From Bigelowiella natans CCMP2755 (Eukaryota > Protista > Cercozoa), in assembly GCA_000320545.1 (NCBI GenBank), contig ADNK01002959.1, forward strand, positions 106,593-170,592: a stretch of 64,000 nt of DNA, read 5' to 3'. Position numbers and translations under genes: made by a program. Shown here one piece after another: positions 26,299 through 40,429 of the stretch. The notes under the pieces are model-generated. The model had not been told where the DNA came from. It did not search any database and saw only the letters and a list, made by a program, of their open reading frames with translations. Position 1 is the first letter of the stretch; each line of letters starts with the position of its first letter.

Positions 26299-27819
26299 TT
26301 ATATTGATTCAACTGTACTCCGGCTTCCAAAAAGAGCTTTACGAATTGAAGTGAGGAAGTTCCATTTGTGCTGCTCCTTAGTTGGAGTTGCCAACGAGAC
26401 ACCACCAAATTTTCCATGCTGATCTCTTTTTGCTTTCTGAGTTCGAATAGGTAGAGCCTCAGCAACGAGAGACTTCACAGCCTCATAGATAAACTCGAGT
26501 GTCAAAGTTGGACGATCGCCATTACCTCTCGATGCAGCAGCAAGAACTGTCGATGAAGTCATCGCCTTAGAATCTAGTCCATTAAGCACGTCGAGGACAT
26601 TCTTAAGACGACCATCATACCTCTTTAAAACCCCCCCACTTAATACTCGTCCTGTAGTATCAGGAACATGAGAAAATCGTTGCAATGTTGTCCATGCATA
26701 GTCTATCAGGGCTTCATAAGCATCATCCTCTGAAGTCGTATTATGGGCACTTTTAAGGGTTTCAATAGGGAATTCTTTTAAGATAATGTAACATCTAGCA
26801 ACCAGCCAAGCCCAAATTATTCTCTGCGTCTCTGCATCGGCTTGAGCATAGTCGAGAAGTTTGAATGATCCAGGAAGATCCATATTTTCGAAAGACATTC
26901 CATGCTCTTCAGAAAATCTTAATAGAGTGAGAAATGCTAAGGTGGTGTGTGTTCCATTGACGAGAAGAATTTTCCTTCGAGCATAGTATTCCGCCTGATC
27001 AGTGGTGCTGGTAGTAACGATTGTGGATCCTCCGAAAGGGAGAATATGCATCACAGTATTAGATTCTTCCGATTCAAAATCTGAAGTAAATGTTTCGGCG
27101 TCGGAGGCGAGATGAGAATCCCTCCGACTGTCGCTCTCTTCCGATTCTGTTGTCGTCTCGATAGTAGACGCGCGATCTATCCTTGTAATGGGAGCTTCAA
27201 CCTCTCCTTTCCCCAACAAAGGCGGGAGGACTACAATTTGGCCCTTCCATGGCTCTGCCTTGATTTCTATGTTTCCATCGGGGTTAATGATACGCTGAGA
27301 ACATATTCTATCTACCATGCAAGGAAGTACTGTGACACGGCCATCGAGCTCACGAGCCAGATCTTCAACAGCGGTGTGATCATTCTCGCAAGCATACAAT
27401 TTAGGGGGATTGCTTTGCTTCGGTAAGCGCCCAAGAATTACTTTAATCCCATCAAGACCTTTGTCTAAACTGCATGAAAATGATGTTGCCCGGCGTACAA
27501 CTTCAAGCAAGGCTTTGCCGGTGCTCGCAATGAAGAACGGACCTTGCCCTGCTTTCGCCTTCCCAACATCTTTTCCGTGCAGGAAGTGCATATCTCTCCC
27601 TATGGTTTTGCCATTTACTTTTACCCTGATTCTCTTCACATCGTGTTTCATTAGTTCCTGCCAAGACGAAGACGGGCGCTGTACGATTGCATAGTCTATG
27701 CAATTCGAAGCTTCGATTGCCTCCAAGAGCAATCCAAGTCCCAGTTTTCCAGCTCCGAAGTGGAGATGGAACGAATGGAGATGTGGTGTAGACGATGTAG
27801 AAACTTCACAACGCGGCAT
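26299..27819 (-). CDS. Mannitol-1-phosphate 5-dehydrogenase-like (MtlD family), single exon, 506 aa
   Basis: LHFGAGKLGLG (HFGAGNIGRG Rossmann motif), YACEND, CMVDRIC, RKILLVNGTH (catalytic Lys/Asn region). Confidence 0.8.
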   Translation of the reverse strand: MPRCEVSTSSTPHLHSFHLHFGAGKLGLGLLLEAIEASNCIDYAIVQRPSSSWQELMKHDVKRIRVKVNGKTIGRDMHFLHGKDVGKAKAGQGPFFIASTGKALLEVVRRATSFSCSLDKGLDGIKVILGRLPKQSNPPKLYACENDHTAVEDLARELDGRVTVLPCMVDRICSQRIINPDGNIEIKAEPWKGQIVVLPPLLGKGEVEAPITRIDRASTIETTTESEESDSRRDSHLASDAETFTSDFESEESNTVMHILPFGGSTIVTTSTTDQAEYYARRKILLVNGTHTTLAFLTLLRFSEEHGMSFENMDLPGSFKLLDYAQADAETQRIIWAWLVARCYIILKEFPIETLKSAHNTTSEDDAYEALIDYAWTTLQRFSHVPDTTGRVLSGGVLKRYDGRLKNVLDVLNGLDSKAMTSSTVLAAASRGNGDRPTLTLEFIYEAVKSLVAEALPIRTQKAKRDQHGKFGGVSLATPTKEQHKWNFLTSIRKALFGSRSTVESI

Positions 27820-28363
27820 CAGTGTGGCTTAGATTCGATTTCTCTCAAAAGGTGATGCGGGCGTTTGGTTTTTGGTCGGAAATCTTTCCCTCGGTTTTCT
27901 TTGAGCGGAGTGTGACCCAAGATTTGTGCGAAAAGCAATATAATTTATTACATTTCTTAAGAGAGACAAGTAAAATTTATTGACTCAGGGAAAGAATTCC
28001 ATTGTGATTTATTTTCGGAGAGAAGGATAATTCAGAAAACTATCACGTGAGAAGATTTGTGAATTCCTGCACGTGACTCGTTCAAAAAGTTTTTTAGATA
28101 AAATTCCAGGAATTACCGAATCGTAGTTTTTCGAGAACGATGACAGAACGACCGACGACCGAAACGCAAAAAGTTTTTTTAGATAAAATTACCGAATTGA
28201 TTCCACTTTTTCGAGAAGATGACCGAACTTTGCACCCCCGATAGTCTCCAGAGTTTTGTTGTCGCTATGAAGTTGGAAGTCGAAACCCGGCAGTCGAAAC
28301 CCGGTTAATGCCGGGTATCAATGACGATGAGTCCATTTTTCATACAGGGTAAGGGTAACACAC
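27820..28363. promoter_or_regulatory. Putative bidirectional promoter between divergent genes
   Basis: 544-bp gap containing aaaagttttttagataaaatt twice (~28085 and ~28169, the second with a longer T run), gtcgaaacccgg twice and two CACGTG sites. Function inferred from position only. Confidence 0.3.
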
Positions 28364-29525
28364 ATGGCTGCTACAAGCACATCATCATTAAGCAGCTTGG
28401 TGTTGCTTTGCCTCTCGGCTTCCTTACCGACACATGTCTCCGCAAGGGTTGTTGCATTTACAGGTGGAAAATATGAGGGTTGGGAAACATGGAATTGGAA
28501 CACGATCACAGATCTTGGGTTCTGGACTGCCCCAAACGACGAGATTAGATCTCTAGCAAAGCAAAACAATGTGCGACTCTTCCAAACCGCGCATCTTCCT
28601 GATCGTAAGGAGTGGCTGGATTCCGATAAACGCGCTGCCTTTGCTGCCGAAAAAGCACAGCATGTGGTAAACAGTTCCCTGGATGGTTTGTTCTTCGACT
28701 TTGAAGGGACGGGGCTTGGGAGTAAGGAGAAAGAGGCCTACACGAAGCTCGCCGAGGCAGTTTCGGATGCCCTGCGACCACTGAACGCGAGTATTTTTGT
28801 CTGTGTGGGTGCCAGTCCTTCATATGAATTCAGAAATTATGACTACGCCGGCCTCGCCAATACCTCCGATTTTCTTTTTATCATGGGCTATGACGCTCAT
28901 TTTTGGGACGACTACACATGTGTCACCAAAGGTACGTGCTCTCCCGCTGAAGCTCCGATGAAGGATATTTTAAAGGGAGTAGAAGGCTATGTCAAGGACG
29001 TCAAGAAGGAGAAGCTAGTGCTCGGTTTACCGTGGTACGGACAACGTTATACCGAGGTTCTGCTACCATTCAATCAAGGGCAGATCGATTACAAGGATGT
29101 TCTGGAGAACGTTGTTAACATTACTGGTCGAGTAAAGAAAAGGGAGATGGATAAGACGGCAAAATCCTGGGTATTACATTGCCATGGGGCTTGTATGGAT
29201 GGCAAGAAAGGAGAAGTAATCTGGTACGACGATGCTGAGACCCTGAAGCCTAAATATCAAATCGCGAAGGACCATGGCCTGTTAGGAGTAGGAATGTGGT
29301 ACTTCTACAAGCCCCTACTCATCGCCACTACTAGTTTCCTTTTTTCGATTCTTTCATAACATTTGTAGTCACCACCATTCATATTTCATCGCTGATCGAT
29401 AATTCCTTCTGTGTACGTCAATGTACAGGGCTGTTGACAAGCTTCCGATCCCAAATGGTAGCGATGATCCTTTCAAATCAGAAAGAGAGGCCATGTGGAA
29501 TGCCATAACTAACTGGAACAAGTAG
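28364..29525 (+). CDS. GH18 glycoside hydrolase, di-N-acetylchitobiase-like, one 3' intron
   Basis: Signal peptide; LDGLFFDFEG (DxxxxDxE); FIMGYD; KLVLGLPWYG; IWYDD; GVGMW spliced to AVDKL...AMWNAITNWNK* at 29525. Confidence 0.9.
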
Positions 29526-30099
29526 GTGGGGGCCGAAGAGCCTGGTTTTATGCACTTGGACAATCACATCGCACACTTGATGTAAATATGTCGGTGTACT
29601 CACTTCAGAAATTTCTCTCCCCCCCTCTCTCTCTTTCTCAGAGAGAGACTGCGCATGTGTCGTATTCAATGAAGGCATGTCAAAGTTTGCCATTGTGTTT
29701 CACAGCTATGAAATACAAATGATATCAGCGATGTATGGGCACAATGCTAGGATGATGAAATGAAACTGATGATTTGCTACCAGTCTGGCAAAGGCTCTGC
29801 TCTGCTGCAATGATGTGTTGTGCTGCGATCAATCATCAGATTGCAATGCGAGAATGGGGGCAATGAAGTGTTTTCACAGTTATTACCTCAAGAGGCTAGC
29901 TACATGCACAGAATCATCATCGCCATCCGGCTGGTAGTTCTAGAGCTAGCTAGGCACGCATGTGAAGCTGAATCTGTCAAAAGCAGCCATGTTCACAATG
30001 CAGCAGCCACAAACACTAGAACATGGCAATGATGAGGAATGTCTAGATGCAAACATTGTGTGCAACAAGACAGCCGAGTATAAGTGAGGCGGCAGCTAC

Positions 30100-30767
30100 G
30101 ACGCTCTGCGCTGCATCCACAATGATTGTGTGCCATCAAAGCAGCAACCACAAAGGCTGCTGTATCGTAGTCGCTGCATTGCACAGCTACATTGGGATGG
30201 CCATCATCAAATTTGATTGATTGATTGCATCCATCTCACAGACCAAGTGCGCGTGAAGGCAAGATTGCATGCCGCTGCATTCACCACGGTGTGGAAGGAA
30301 CATCATGCCATCAAAAACTACTTTGACACACTGTTGAAAATAGGACCGCCAAACGGGTGTGCGTGTGTAGCTACAGGATGCCGGTCCTGACTGTCATGCT
30401 GTTTCTCCTTACCATCCAGACAATCTTGGCACGGTGGTCCTCATGGTGGAAAGCAAGTCTAGAAGTCGTGCACCGTGCAGCTGCTTAGGCGCAACAACAT
30501 GATCACAGAAGTGCTGCGGTGAAATAAACAGCATTTTCTGACTGACACTTCCGCCACACCAGTTAACCGGGTGGAAAACGTGCACGATGCTACGTGGACA
30601 TGCACATTGCTGTTCTGATTCATATCACATGTACATGCAGAGGGTAGCAACCGAAGTTTCTGGTCGATGAGTTCATTTAAAGACAACTGCACTTTCAATT
30701 ACGATATTGAACAGCTACATCAGGATGACCATTGAAAAGATTTAATCAACTCATTACATCCGTCTCA
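30100..30767 (+). mobile_element. Two decayed LINE 3' remnants (tails at 30183-30238 and 30711-30767)
   Basis: acagctacattgggatggcc...catccatctca and acagctacatcaggatgaccattgaaaag...catccgtctca. Confidence 0.75.
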
Positions 30768-30866
30768 CTTTCAGTTACTAAAGTAGCGGAATGCAATTTG
30801 CAGATGCTGATCCAATGAATTGTGCACATCATCTCCTACCATGATCGATGTGCAGCACATTCAACG

Positions 30867-31664
30867 TCATGAGGCTTCATTTGGACAACAAAACGACGTA
30901 CTAACATACAGCCATTCTGATTGCCACATCGTCGATGCTGTTGTCGCAATTTCATTCGATGGCATAGCATGTCTGTTATGATCATCGTGGCCTTTGTTGC
31001 TGTTTCTCTCGTGCCTTCTTCTTTGCGCGTAAGATTCTCTCATTTTTCTGCAGCTCTTTAATCGATGGTGGTGCTGGTAGCTCCCCATCTTCCTCCGCCT
31101 TATCCATCGCGTCCTTGCAATTATGACAACGACGAGAAGTAGATTAATGCACAAAACATCGCAATTATGACAACGACGAGAAGTAGATCAATGTGCACAC
31201 GCCATCGCACTCAATATATATTACATCATGCATGCATGCATGCATGTGTGTGAGTGTGTGTGTTTGTGTAGTGACTCTGTGCTAACTACTCGTTGAAGAC
31301 AATATGTGGCAAAACTTGCAGAAGACGAAGGATGAACACCATCACCCAAGTAGAGCATAACTACTATTTCGGGCCGAGACGGCAATTAGTGCTTGATTAA
31401 ACATTTCCTTCCTACCACCTACCCACCTCATGTGCGCGACGATCTTGTTCCTGGATATCTCTCGCATGAGCTACAATTCTCTGAAATGCTTCCCCTGGGT
31501 GAGAGTTGTCGGTAGTGTCATCACTATCATCATCACCATCACCATCATCATCTAGAGCCATATCTGCCCTTCGACGTCGTGAATCATGTTTTTGCATCTT
31601 CCTCTGTTCTGTTTCATGCTTATCAGACAAACCTGTGGTGTGTATCGATGAGGACATAGCGATC

Positions 31665-31697
<33 letters not shown>

Positions 31698-32420
31698 ACA
31701 ATAACAATGCTCTAAGAATTTAGGGAAAAAGTTAAATGAGGTATTCTCATTTCCCATGGTACGTTCCCCTCCCCTTCCCAAGTGTACTACTACATACGTT
31801 TCTTTCGACGCTGCTCCTTCTGCAACCTCTGACATATAACAATGGTACGAACATTATGTGCTTACACACACACACACACAGAGAGACAGACACACACACA
31901 GACAGACAGACAGACACATGCACTACAAATTCTGTTGGTGTTACTCATTTATCTGTTATGTAAGCAAATAAGAAAAGAAGGCTAAATAGGTAAATAGTTA
32001 AACTTCTCCCTACAAACTAACCTAATCACTTCTGTGATATCATGCAATCATCTCATATATTATTAAAGTATACAGGCGCTGCTGCTAAATTTGGCCCCTG
32101 CGTCCACCATTATTCGTATACAGTTGGGAGTGAGTACAGAATCAGAGGCAGGTATTCTTCTTCTTCTTCTTCTTCTTCCTCATCTTCTTCCTCTTAACTA
32201 CGATTCTCACTCTTGCAAATTTGTCGGGATCTTCGTTCTTTAAAACTAGTCTTAGCCTTCTAATTGTTGTATCAGCTTATCATAATTATGATTGCTAAAT
32301 GCTAAGTATTTAGTAATTAATCCATTGCCATTATAGCGTCTATATTATTTAACTGAATTCTTCTTAAACAATTAGGTGAATACAAGCGAAACAGAGACTT
32401 GCAGCAAGCAGAACGAACAT

Positions 32421-32454
<34 letters not shown>

Positions 32455-33648
32455 CAAGTTCTAAAGCTGAATGAACCTTCTTCTGGCAGTATCATCATCA
32501 GCTGAATTGCCTCCCCCTTTTCCCTCTTCTTCTGTCTTCTTTCTTCGTGGAGAAAGAGGTTGTGTGTACGCTATGATCTTTGCATTCTCTTCTTCTTTCC
32601 TTCTCTGATATTGTAATGAAGATTGGTCACATAATCGTGTTGCGTCGAGAAATAGGTGATGGGATATATTATGCTCGTGTTACAGAAACAATAATAAAGT
32701 TTGTTGTTGTTTTTGTTGTTGTTGCTGCTGCTAACGAATCCCAAAATGTAGGTTGGTGTATGAATGTAAACATGTATTATGTGTGTGTGTCCTTCTACAC
32801 AGCTTATGATCAATCAATGAGGAGGGTAGCAGCTGCTGTTACTGCTGTTCAGATGACGATGATAATGACGATGATAATGATGATGATGATAAACAAAGGA
32901 GGAGGTGGTAAAATAGGTATATTTTTTACACTGCTGCAAGCACTACCACCTGTATTCGAAAGACAGGATCGTTATGATCGTCGTTTCTCATCATCACAGG
33001 ATTTCCATCTTCTCTTTCTCCTCCGTTGTCACATAGATCATCATATTCCTGTTTCTTCTTCTTTTCAATATCCTCTGGCTTAATAATATCTTCTTCTTCT
33101 CCAATGAAGTTCCTTTGTCCATTCATCATCAAAGTAGCAGCTATTGCTGTTTTTCCTCCTTGAGATGACGATTCAACTTGAATATGGTCATTTGTCCTTG
33201 CAGTAGTAGTAGTACAATTCTGTTGGGATGGGCAAAACGTGGTCTTATCCGCGGCTTGAGGAGGAGAAGGAGGAGATGTCTTCTTGGCCTTCATATCGGT
33301 AGCAAGAAGGTTGTTATTATTATTATTATTATTGTTGTTGTTGTAGTTATCCTTTGTAGCGGTGGTTGTTGTTGTTCCACGGGTAGGTGCTGGTTTGACT
33401 CGGAGATATCTTGTTATTATCAATTAATAAATAATTCATTAAATAAATGAAACACATAAAGAAGAAGACAGACAGACAGTATAGATAGATGTGAGTCGAT
33501 GAGGAGAAAGAGTAGAGAGCATCATCATCAGCAGCAGCAGTAGCATCAGCAGCAGCAGTAGTAGTAGTAGTAGTAGTAGTAGTAGCAGTGGTGGTGGTAG
33601 TGTGGTAGTCGTAGTATTCCTAGTAGTAGTGGAGTAATATATGTGATG

Positions 33649-33690
<42 letters not shown>

Positions 33691-34462
33691 TCTATTTTGA
33701 TCTCTATCTAAATCTCTTTGTGTACATGCTTTTGCATGTGAGTAGTTTGCTTGATGATGATGACAACAACTTTGCTTTTTTGTTAGATACACCTAGCATC
33801 ATCATCATCATCATCATCATTGTCATCGTCATCATCATCATCATGCTACTTACTTAAGTTGATACTGTAGTGTACGAATATCTTCTCTCGTGTTTTTAAC
33901 ATCGATTGCTAGATCAAACTCATCGTTTCTTGCCGCTGTTGTTTCAATCTTCTCTAAAATATCTCGAAATATCGAGAATGCCCGCTCAAGTTCCTAGGCG
34001 AAGAAAGAAGAAGAAGAAGAAGAAGAAGAAGAAGATGAAGATGATGAAAATGTAAAGATTAGAAAGTGGACACTAAGTGGCTACTTCTACTTCTTCTTCT
34101 TTTTCTCATAAAGTTGTTGTTGTTTGTTGTATATGATAAAGTCGATAATGCTGCTATATTATTGATATGCCTTGTTTTCTTCTTCTTTTTCTTCTTCTTC
34201 CTCTTCTTCACCAGACAAGCAAGTAGTCGGATAATAATAAAAATAATACCTTGGTGTTAATACCGTACACGCCTTCTTCTGCTGTCGCAACAGCTCTAAA
34301 GCGAGGAGGTGGAGAGAATAAGGTGAATACTGCTACCACAGTAGTAGTTATAATTACAGTGGAAAAGAAGAAATATAAGGTTTATAATATAGTATGTATT
34401 GGATTGATTGTCTCAAATCTGTGAGAATAAAGATATAATCCCTATCTATTACTGCCCTTATG

Positions 34463-34506
<44 letters not shown>

Positions 34507-35600
34507 CGTTGGCATAGCTTGATTAGACGTGGAAGCGGAGGAGGAATAGGTATTGCTGCAGTTGTAGTAGTACTATTATTGATAATGCTACCCCTGAAGA
34601 TTGGTGCGTTTATGGCTCTTTGTAGACCTCTATAAAACGAATGAGCAACAAAGAGAATCATTAACATTTTAAATACAACGTCACTTCACGATGATAGGAC
34701 TTGTATGTTTCAATAAATATAATTAAAATCATGTTCGTCGTTTGTTTTCTGCTCAATCGTTGGTATATATTTCTTATTCCTTTCTGATATTCTTTTTCGA
34801 CTACGTGCAAGATGCTTTCATACTTAAATGCAAATGCTGCTGCTGCGGTCGTCATGTAGTGTACTTACTTTAGAAGAGAGCGAGTGGTAGCCAGGCGTTG
34901 GCGACATTCTTGCTGCTGTTTTGGTGATATTATTGACATTGATATCCTCTTCCTAGTAGTGCTCTCTCCCAACTGATGTAGTATCCCAGAGGAAGGAAGA
35001 GATGGAGGAGGGATTCTCTCATCATTGTAGTATCTATTCATGATGCTGCTGCTGCTGCTGCATTTGAGCCATAATTTCGTGTTGGTGCCGTTCATGCTGT
35101 ATATATATATATATATCACGAAATAAGGTTGTTTACTCACAAAAATGGAAGATGCTGAATTATATAATCTCCCAGTAGTGAGTGGGAAATAAGAGAACAT
35201 ACATCGTGTTAGAATGTAATTGTCGTCGTTGGGAAATGAAGCAAGAATTTGAATAATATTTCTATAAAAGATCGCATGGAGAAAGGGGGAGGAGGAGGAG
35301 GAGGAGGAGGAGGAGGAGGAGGAGAAAGGGAGGGAGAGAGATCAAGAACACTGCTTGTTCTCCTCTACTATTATGTAGTAGAGTATCAAAGCGAAGGTGT
35401 AGAACGAGAAAATCAGTATTTATTTATAACTAAAACAACCTTAGCTGCTACTTGTTTATTTGCACCATCATTAATTCATCAAAAACATCATCTTTTATTG
35501 ATGTTATTATCTTTGTTATGAAACCAACACAAAGTAGCACTTCCTTCACACTATAATCGTTATTATCATCATCATCATCCATTATCTTGAAAGAAACCTT

Positions 35601-35637
<37 letters not shown>

Positions 35638-36267
35638 CAATTTGTCAATCTTCGTCTAATCTGATCAGGATCCTCCTCCTCCTCCTCCTCCTCCTCGTCG
35701 TTGTTGAAGGAGGAGAGAGAATTTCTCTTATGCTTCCCCTTTTCCTCCTCCTCCTCCTCCTCCTTCCCTTTCTCCCCATTTGCAGTAGCAATGACTAGTG
35801 CCGGTGCATTCTCCAAGGCAGGTGGAGAGGATTCATCATCATCATCACCATCACTCGATAATATATTATATGATGTTATTCTCCTTCCTTGACTTCCTTG
35901 TCGTCGTTGTGGGTTGTTTCTCCACACCGTAAGAGATCGATTGCATAATTCGCTCAAAAGCAGTACCTAAGAGAAGTAGTATTATCAGGTATTAGATGAT
36001 GACGATAAAAGAAGAACAACTAAGACACACAAACATAAAGAAAAAAGGATATAGAAGATGTGTGTGTGTGTGTGTGTGTGTGTGTGTTCAATACCTGGGC
36101 CGAGGAGATTTGTGGTAATTTTTTATTATTAGGAAGAGAAGATGGCAATCCTAGGTGCTGCAAGTAACGCCTTGATAATTAGGGAGATTATTGAACAGGG
36201 TTATTTGTTAGTGGAATTGATTCGTTTTGTGATGTTGTTTATGTTGTATACGATAGGGTACTACTAC

Positions 36268-36308
<41 letters not shown>

Positions 36309-36510
36309 TACACATACACAAACTGCACCGAAATATAAAGTCGCAGATAGTGAATTCTCCCTGTTTTTCGCAAGTTCTGATAACAGCTTGATACCTATTA
36401 TATAATAAAATATGTGTATGTGTGTGTGTTAACAGCTTGATATCTACTATGTAAAATATGTGTATGTGTGTGTGTTAACAGCTTGATATCTACTATGTAA
36501 AATATGTGTT

Positions 36511-36562
<52 letters not shown>

Positions 36563-37005
36563 CGTTCGATTCTGTTATATTATATATATTAATATATATT
36601 ATTGATGTTATTATTCTTACAAGTTGGTAGGTATGTCCTTGCAATACTCTCTTTGTCGTAACTCCAAGATTGCCGCAGCTTCACGCTGGAAGATAGATAG
36701 ATAGATAAATGACAAGACGTTGTGAACTATATGATATGTAAGAGTAGATAAATGACGAGACGTTGTGAACTATATGATATGTAAGAGGAGTATTTGGTGC
36801 TGCTGCAGCAGCAGTGTGTGCGTACATATATAAATCAATCATTCAATCAATTACACAATGAGAATAAGCCAGCATTGCAGTATTAACTAATAGTACCCCT
36901 TTCCGAGCCCGACAAAGAGATTTAATAGTCTCGTCGTACAAAATCCTAATAGCAGCAAACGACGAGGAAGAGGAGGGGGCAGAACATCATATCATGTGAC
37001 TCCGG

Positions 37006-37041
<36 letters not shown>

Positions 37042-37184
37042 CCGCTACTGCTGACAAAACGATGTTATTGTTTGATATGATAAGGAACAAAAGAAAAGGC
37101 TGAACGTCCTTCCTTCACTCGCTTGGGGGGGGGGGAGGGATGACAACGATAACAATAGCTTGTCACAAGATTTGTGGCTATTTA

Positions 37185-37225
<41 letters not shown>

Positions 37226-38154
37226 GAATATAATATGTGTTTCCTTCCTTGTATTCTTCTTACTTTCTTGCAAGAAACAACATATCCATGATATCGATAT
37301 ATTGCTCACATCATCATCGTCGTCATCATCATCATCATCATCATCATCACTTACACAAGAATACATCCATTTTTGTTAGTGTCCTCTTTTAGTGGTGTTG
37401 TAGTAGCTGCTGCCCTCATGCGAAGTAATAGACGATATGCTGACATATGCCATCTAGTAGTACCAGCAAAACAACACACACCACCACAAAACAGTTATAA
37501 TGCATTAGGTATCCTCCTTTTATTTTTTACACGTTAGTAGTAGTAGTAATAGTTGTAGTACCCTGAGCATGCGAGGCTAAGAATAGCCATTGCATAGGTG
37601 TCTTGAAGTACCTAATCAACAACATATCATCAATAATCTATCAATGAACATCATCTGTAATAAAAATAAATTTATGATTATGCAGCAGCAGTATAGAGGG
37701 GGGGGGGGGGGCAGACACAATGGTGTGATAATAAGTAGTAGAATAATGCTTTTAATTTTTTTTAGTACAAAAGCAGCAGCAGTACCAAGTTGTTTCTTAG
37801 GCGCATTTCTCGTATTCTCCACAGTCCCATCTGTACTCTGTATTATGATCAGTAATTAATAATAGCATGAAGAAGAAGAAAAAAAAGAAGAAGAAATCAC
37901 TGGTAATATCTTCTCATAGATCATCTTCAACAACTATCACATAGTACTCTTACTACCTTCCCCATTGAAACATACGTCTTATACGACGGTTTCTTTTCGC
38001 CTCATCAAATCGCCTTTTGATCATTTATAAGTGAATCAAAACAACAGTTGTTTTCTATCAGTTTTAGTATTATCACAAAGACGCAGACGACGATATAATG
38101 CCAACAGCCTCCAAGCTGTCAATATGGTCATCATCATCAATTTCCCAGCTGCTT

Positions 38155-38190
<36 letters not shown>

Positions 38191-38467
38191 TGCTACAACT
38201 ACAGTAATCGATGAAGATAAATGCATCATAAAATGATAATGATGAACGATGATAATAGGAGCGCAGTGCTCAGTTTCTACTCCTACACACTAAGGATAAT
38301 GTAAGTTGTTTAAATCTGCAATCAGTACTATCAAATCAAACGACAACGACGACGACGACTGAAATGTGTGCATGTATGTTTATCTCTGACCACTCATTTG
38401 CTGTGAAAAGGGTCGTTTTTTCACTCCTTCTTACTAACATCGATTCCTTCCGAGAAAGTGGAACCTG

Positions 38468-38501
<34 letters not shown>

Positions 38502-39019
38502 GTTATTATTATGTATTATAATGAATTATATCGTAGAAAGAGGAGAAGAGAGAGACTACTACAACAACAACAACAACAATTACTACTACTACTACCTCTG
38601 GATCAAAGCCATCTTTAACGTCATCAGCATCTTCTGGGTAACGAACATCTCTCTCCAATTTCCATTCAAAAAGTTTTCTCGCTACTTTGAGCTGTGTTGT
38701 TGATAATACAGTGGTTGGTTACGTCGCATGCTGCTGTTATGTCATCTTTTTGCTTCTTGAGTGAGTAGTTAGTGTTAGTTACATGTAGTAAGAAGTGTAG
38801 CAGTAGCAGTAGCAGTACTAGTAGTAGTAGTAGTAGTAGTAGTTGTTGTTGTTGTATTTGTAGTAGTAATGCTGATAATACTGATGATGATGACCATGAA
38901 ATTCTATAATGATTTCGATAATACTTATGATCATCATCAAATTCAATTACAATTTTGCATGGCGAGCTTCCTTACCTTTCTTCTCTTTTCTTCTTTTAGG
39001 GTGCAAATCTCTTTCCCTT

Positions 39020-39067
<48 letters not shown>

Positions 39068-39372
39068 TTCTCTTCTGCTTCCTTTCGTTACTACTCTACT
39101 ACTACTACTACTACCTCTTCATCAATTGGCTCTCCTATATTGACTTCTTCTTCTTCTTCTTCTTCCAGAGATTGATTGTCCATCTAATACATTGTGTGTA
39201 TTGTATGGCATAAGTAGTAAGAAGACAGCAATAATGATAATAACAACTTTATAATGATGGTGTTGTGCAGCCTTAAAAAACAACTTTATTCAATCATATT
39301 AAAGGTTGGACTACTATGTGGAGAGTAAATACTACTACTACCACTAGGATGGAAGCATGGATGGATATGCCA

Positions 39373-39427
<55 letters not shown>

Positions 39428-39479
39428 GATGGAAGCATGGATGGATATGCCACTGCCATGCAGGGGGCGTGCTTCACAA

Positions 39480-39518
<39 letters not shown>

Positions 39519-39673
39519 TACCTTATTGCTTATGTTTTTGTTGTTGGAAATGCTGCCATCAGAAGGGGGACTGTTCGTTAGAGATATAACTTTGGAGATA
39601 ACGTTGTTGTTATTGTTATCGTTGTTATTCTCATTTGGCTGGGGCGAAAGAACTTGTCGCGGGGAGAAAACCT

Positions 39674-39709
<36 letters not shown>

Positions 39710-39977
39710 AATGATGATGATGACGATGACGATGATCTCATTTTTAAGAAGAGTTGTTTAGTATAATAATAGTATGGTGACTCTCCACTCATTATTCAGC
39801 TAATAATAATAATAACGACGAATAATAGCAAAAACACCACCATCAGTGCTTTTCTTGTCTTGTCAGTTAATCAGTAGCATTAAATGATATTATTAACATT
39901 GAAAGAAACAAAGAAAAAAGGAAAGAAGGTGGATATATGTATGTGAGGAGTAGCAATGCTTAATTAATAATATCATG

Positions 39978-40011
<34 letters not shown>

Positions 40012-40239
40012 CTTCTTGTGCTGCATTTCGTGGTGGATAATGAAGGAATAGGTACACATCTTCAGTCTACACATTACTAATCAACCAACAAAAAAATGAA
40101 TGAAATAACCCCTTTTAATAATAATAAAAAAAATAATAAGAACAATACTAACAATACCTCCTCGAGGGGGGTATCATTCTCATCATCCATGTCCGGTTTT
40201 CGTGGCATCTCGTTACGCTCTTTTGTCACCAAATAGAAA

Positions 40240-40280
<41 letters not shown>

Positions 40281-40394
40281 ATAGTAGAAGGAAGTAAAGG
40301 AATAAGGAGGAGGAGGGAAAATATGTAGAAATTTATTACAATGAAGCATAATAACAACAAGACTGACAAAACAACAACAACTGGATAGATACTA

Positions 40395-40429
<35 letters not shown>

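Noticed and set aside
27112-28823. Antisense ORFs over the MtlD-like and GH18 genes (similarly over the cathepsin and GPS genes)
   Set aside because: Shadow frames of well-supported coding sequences.
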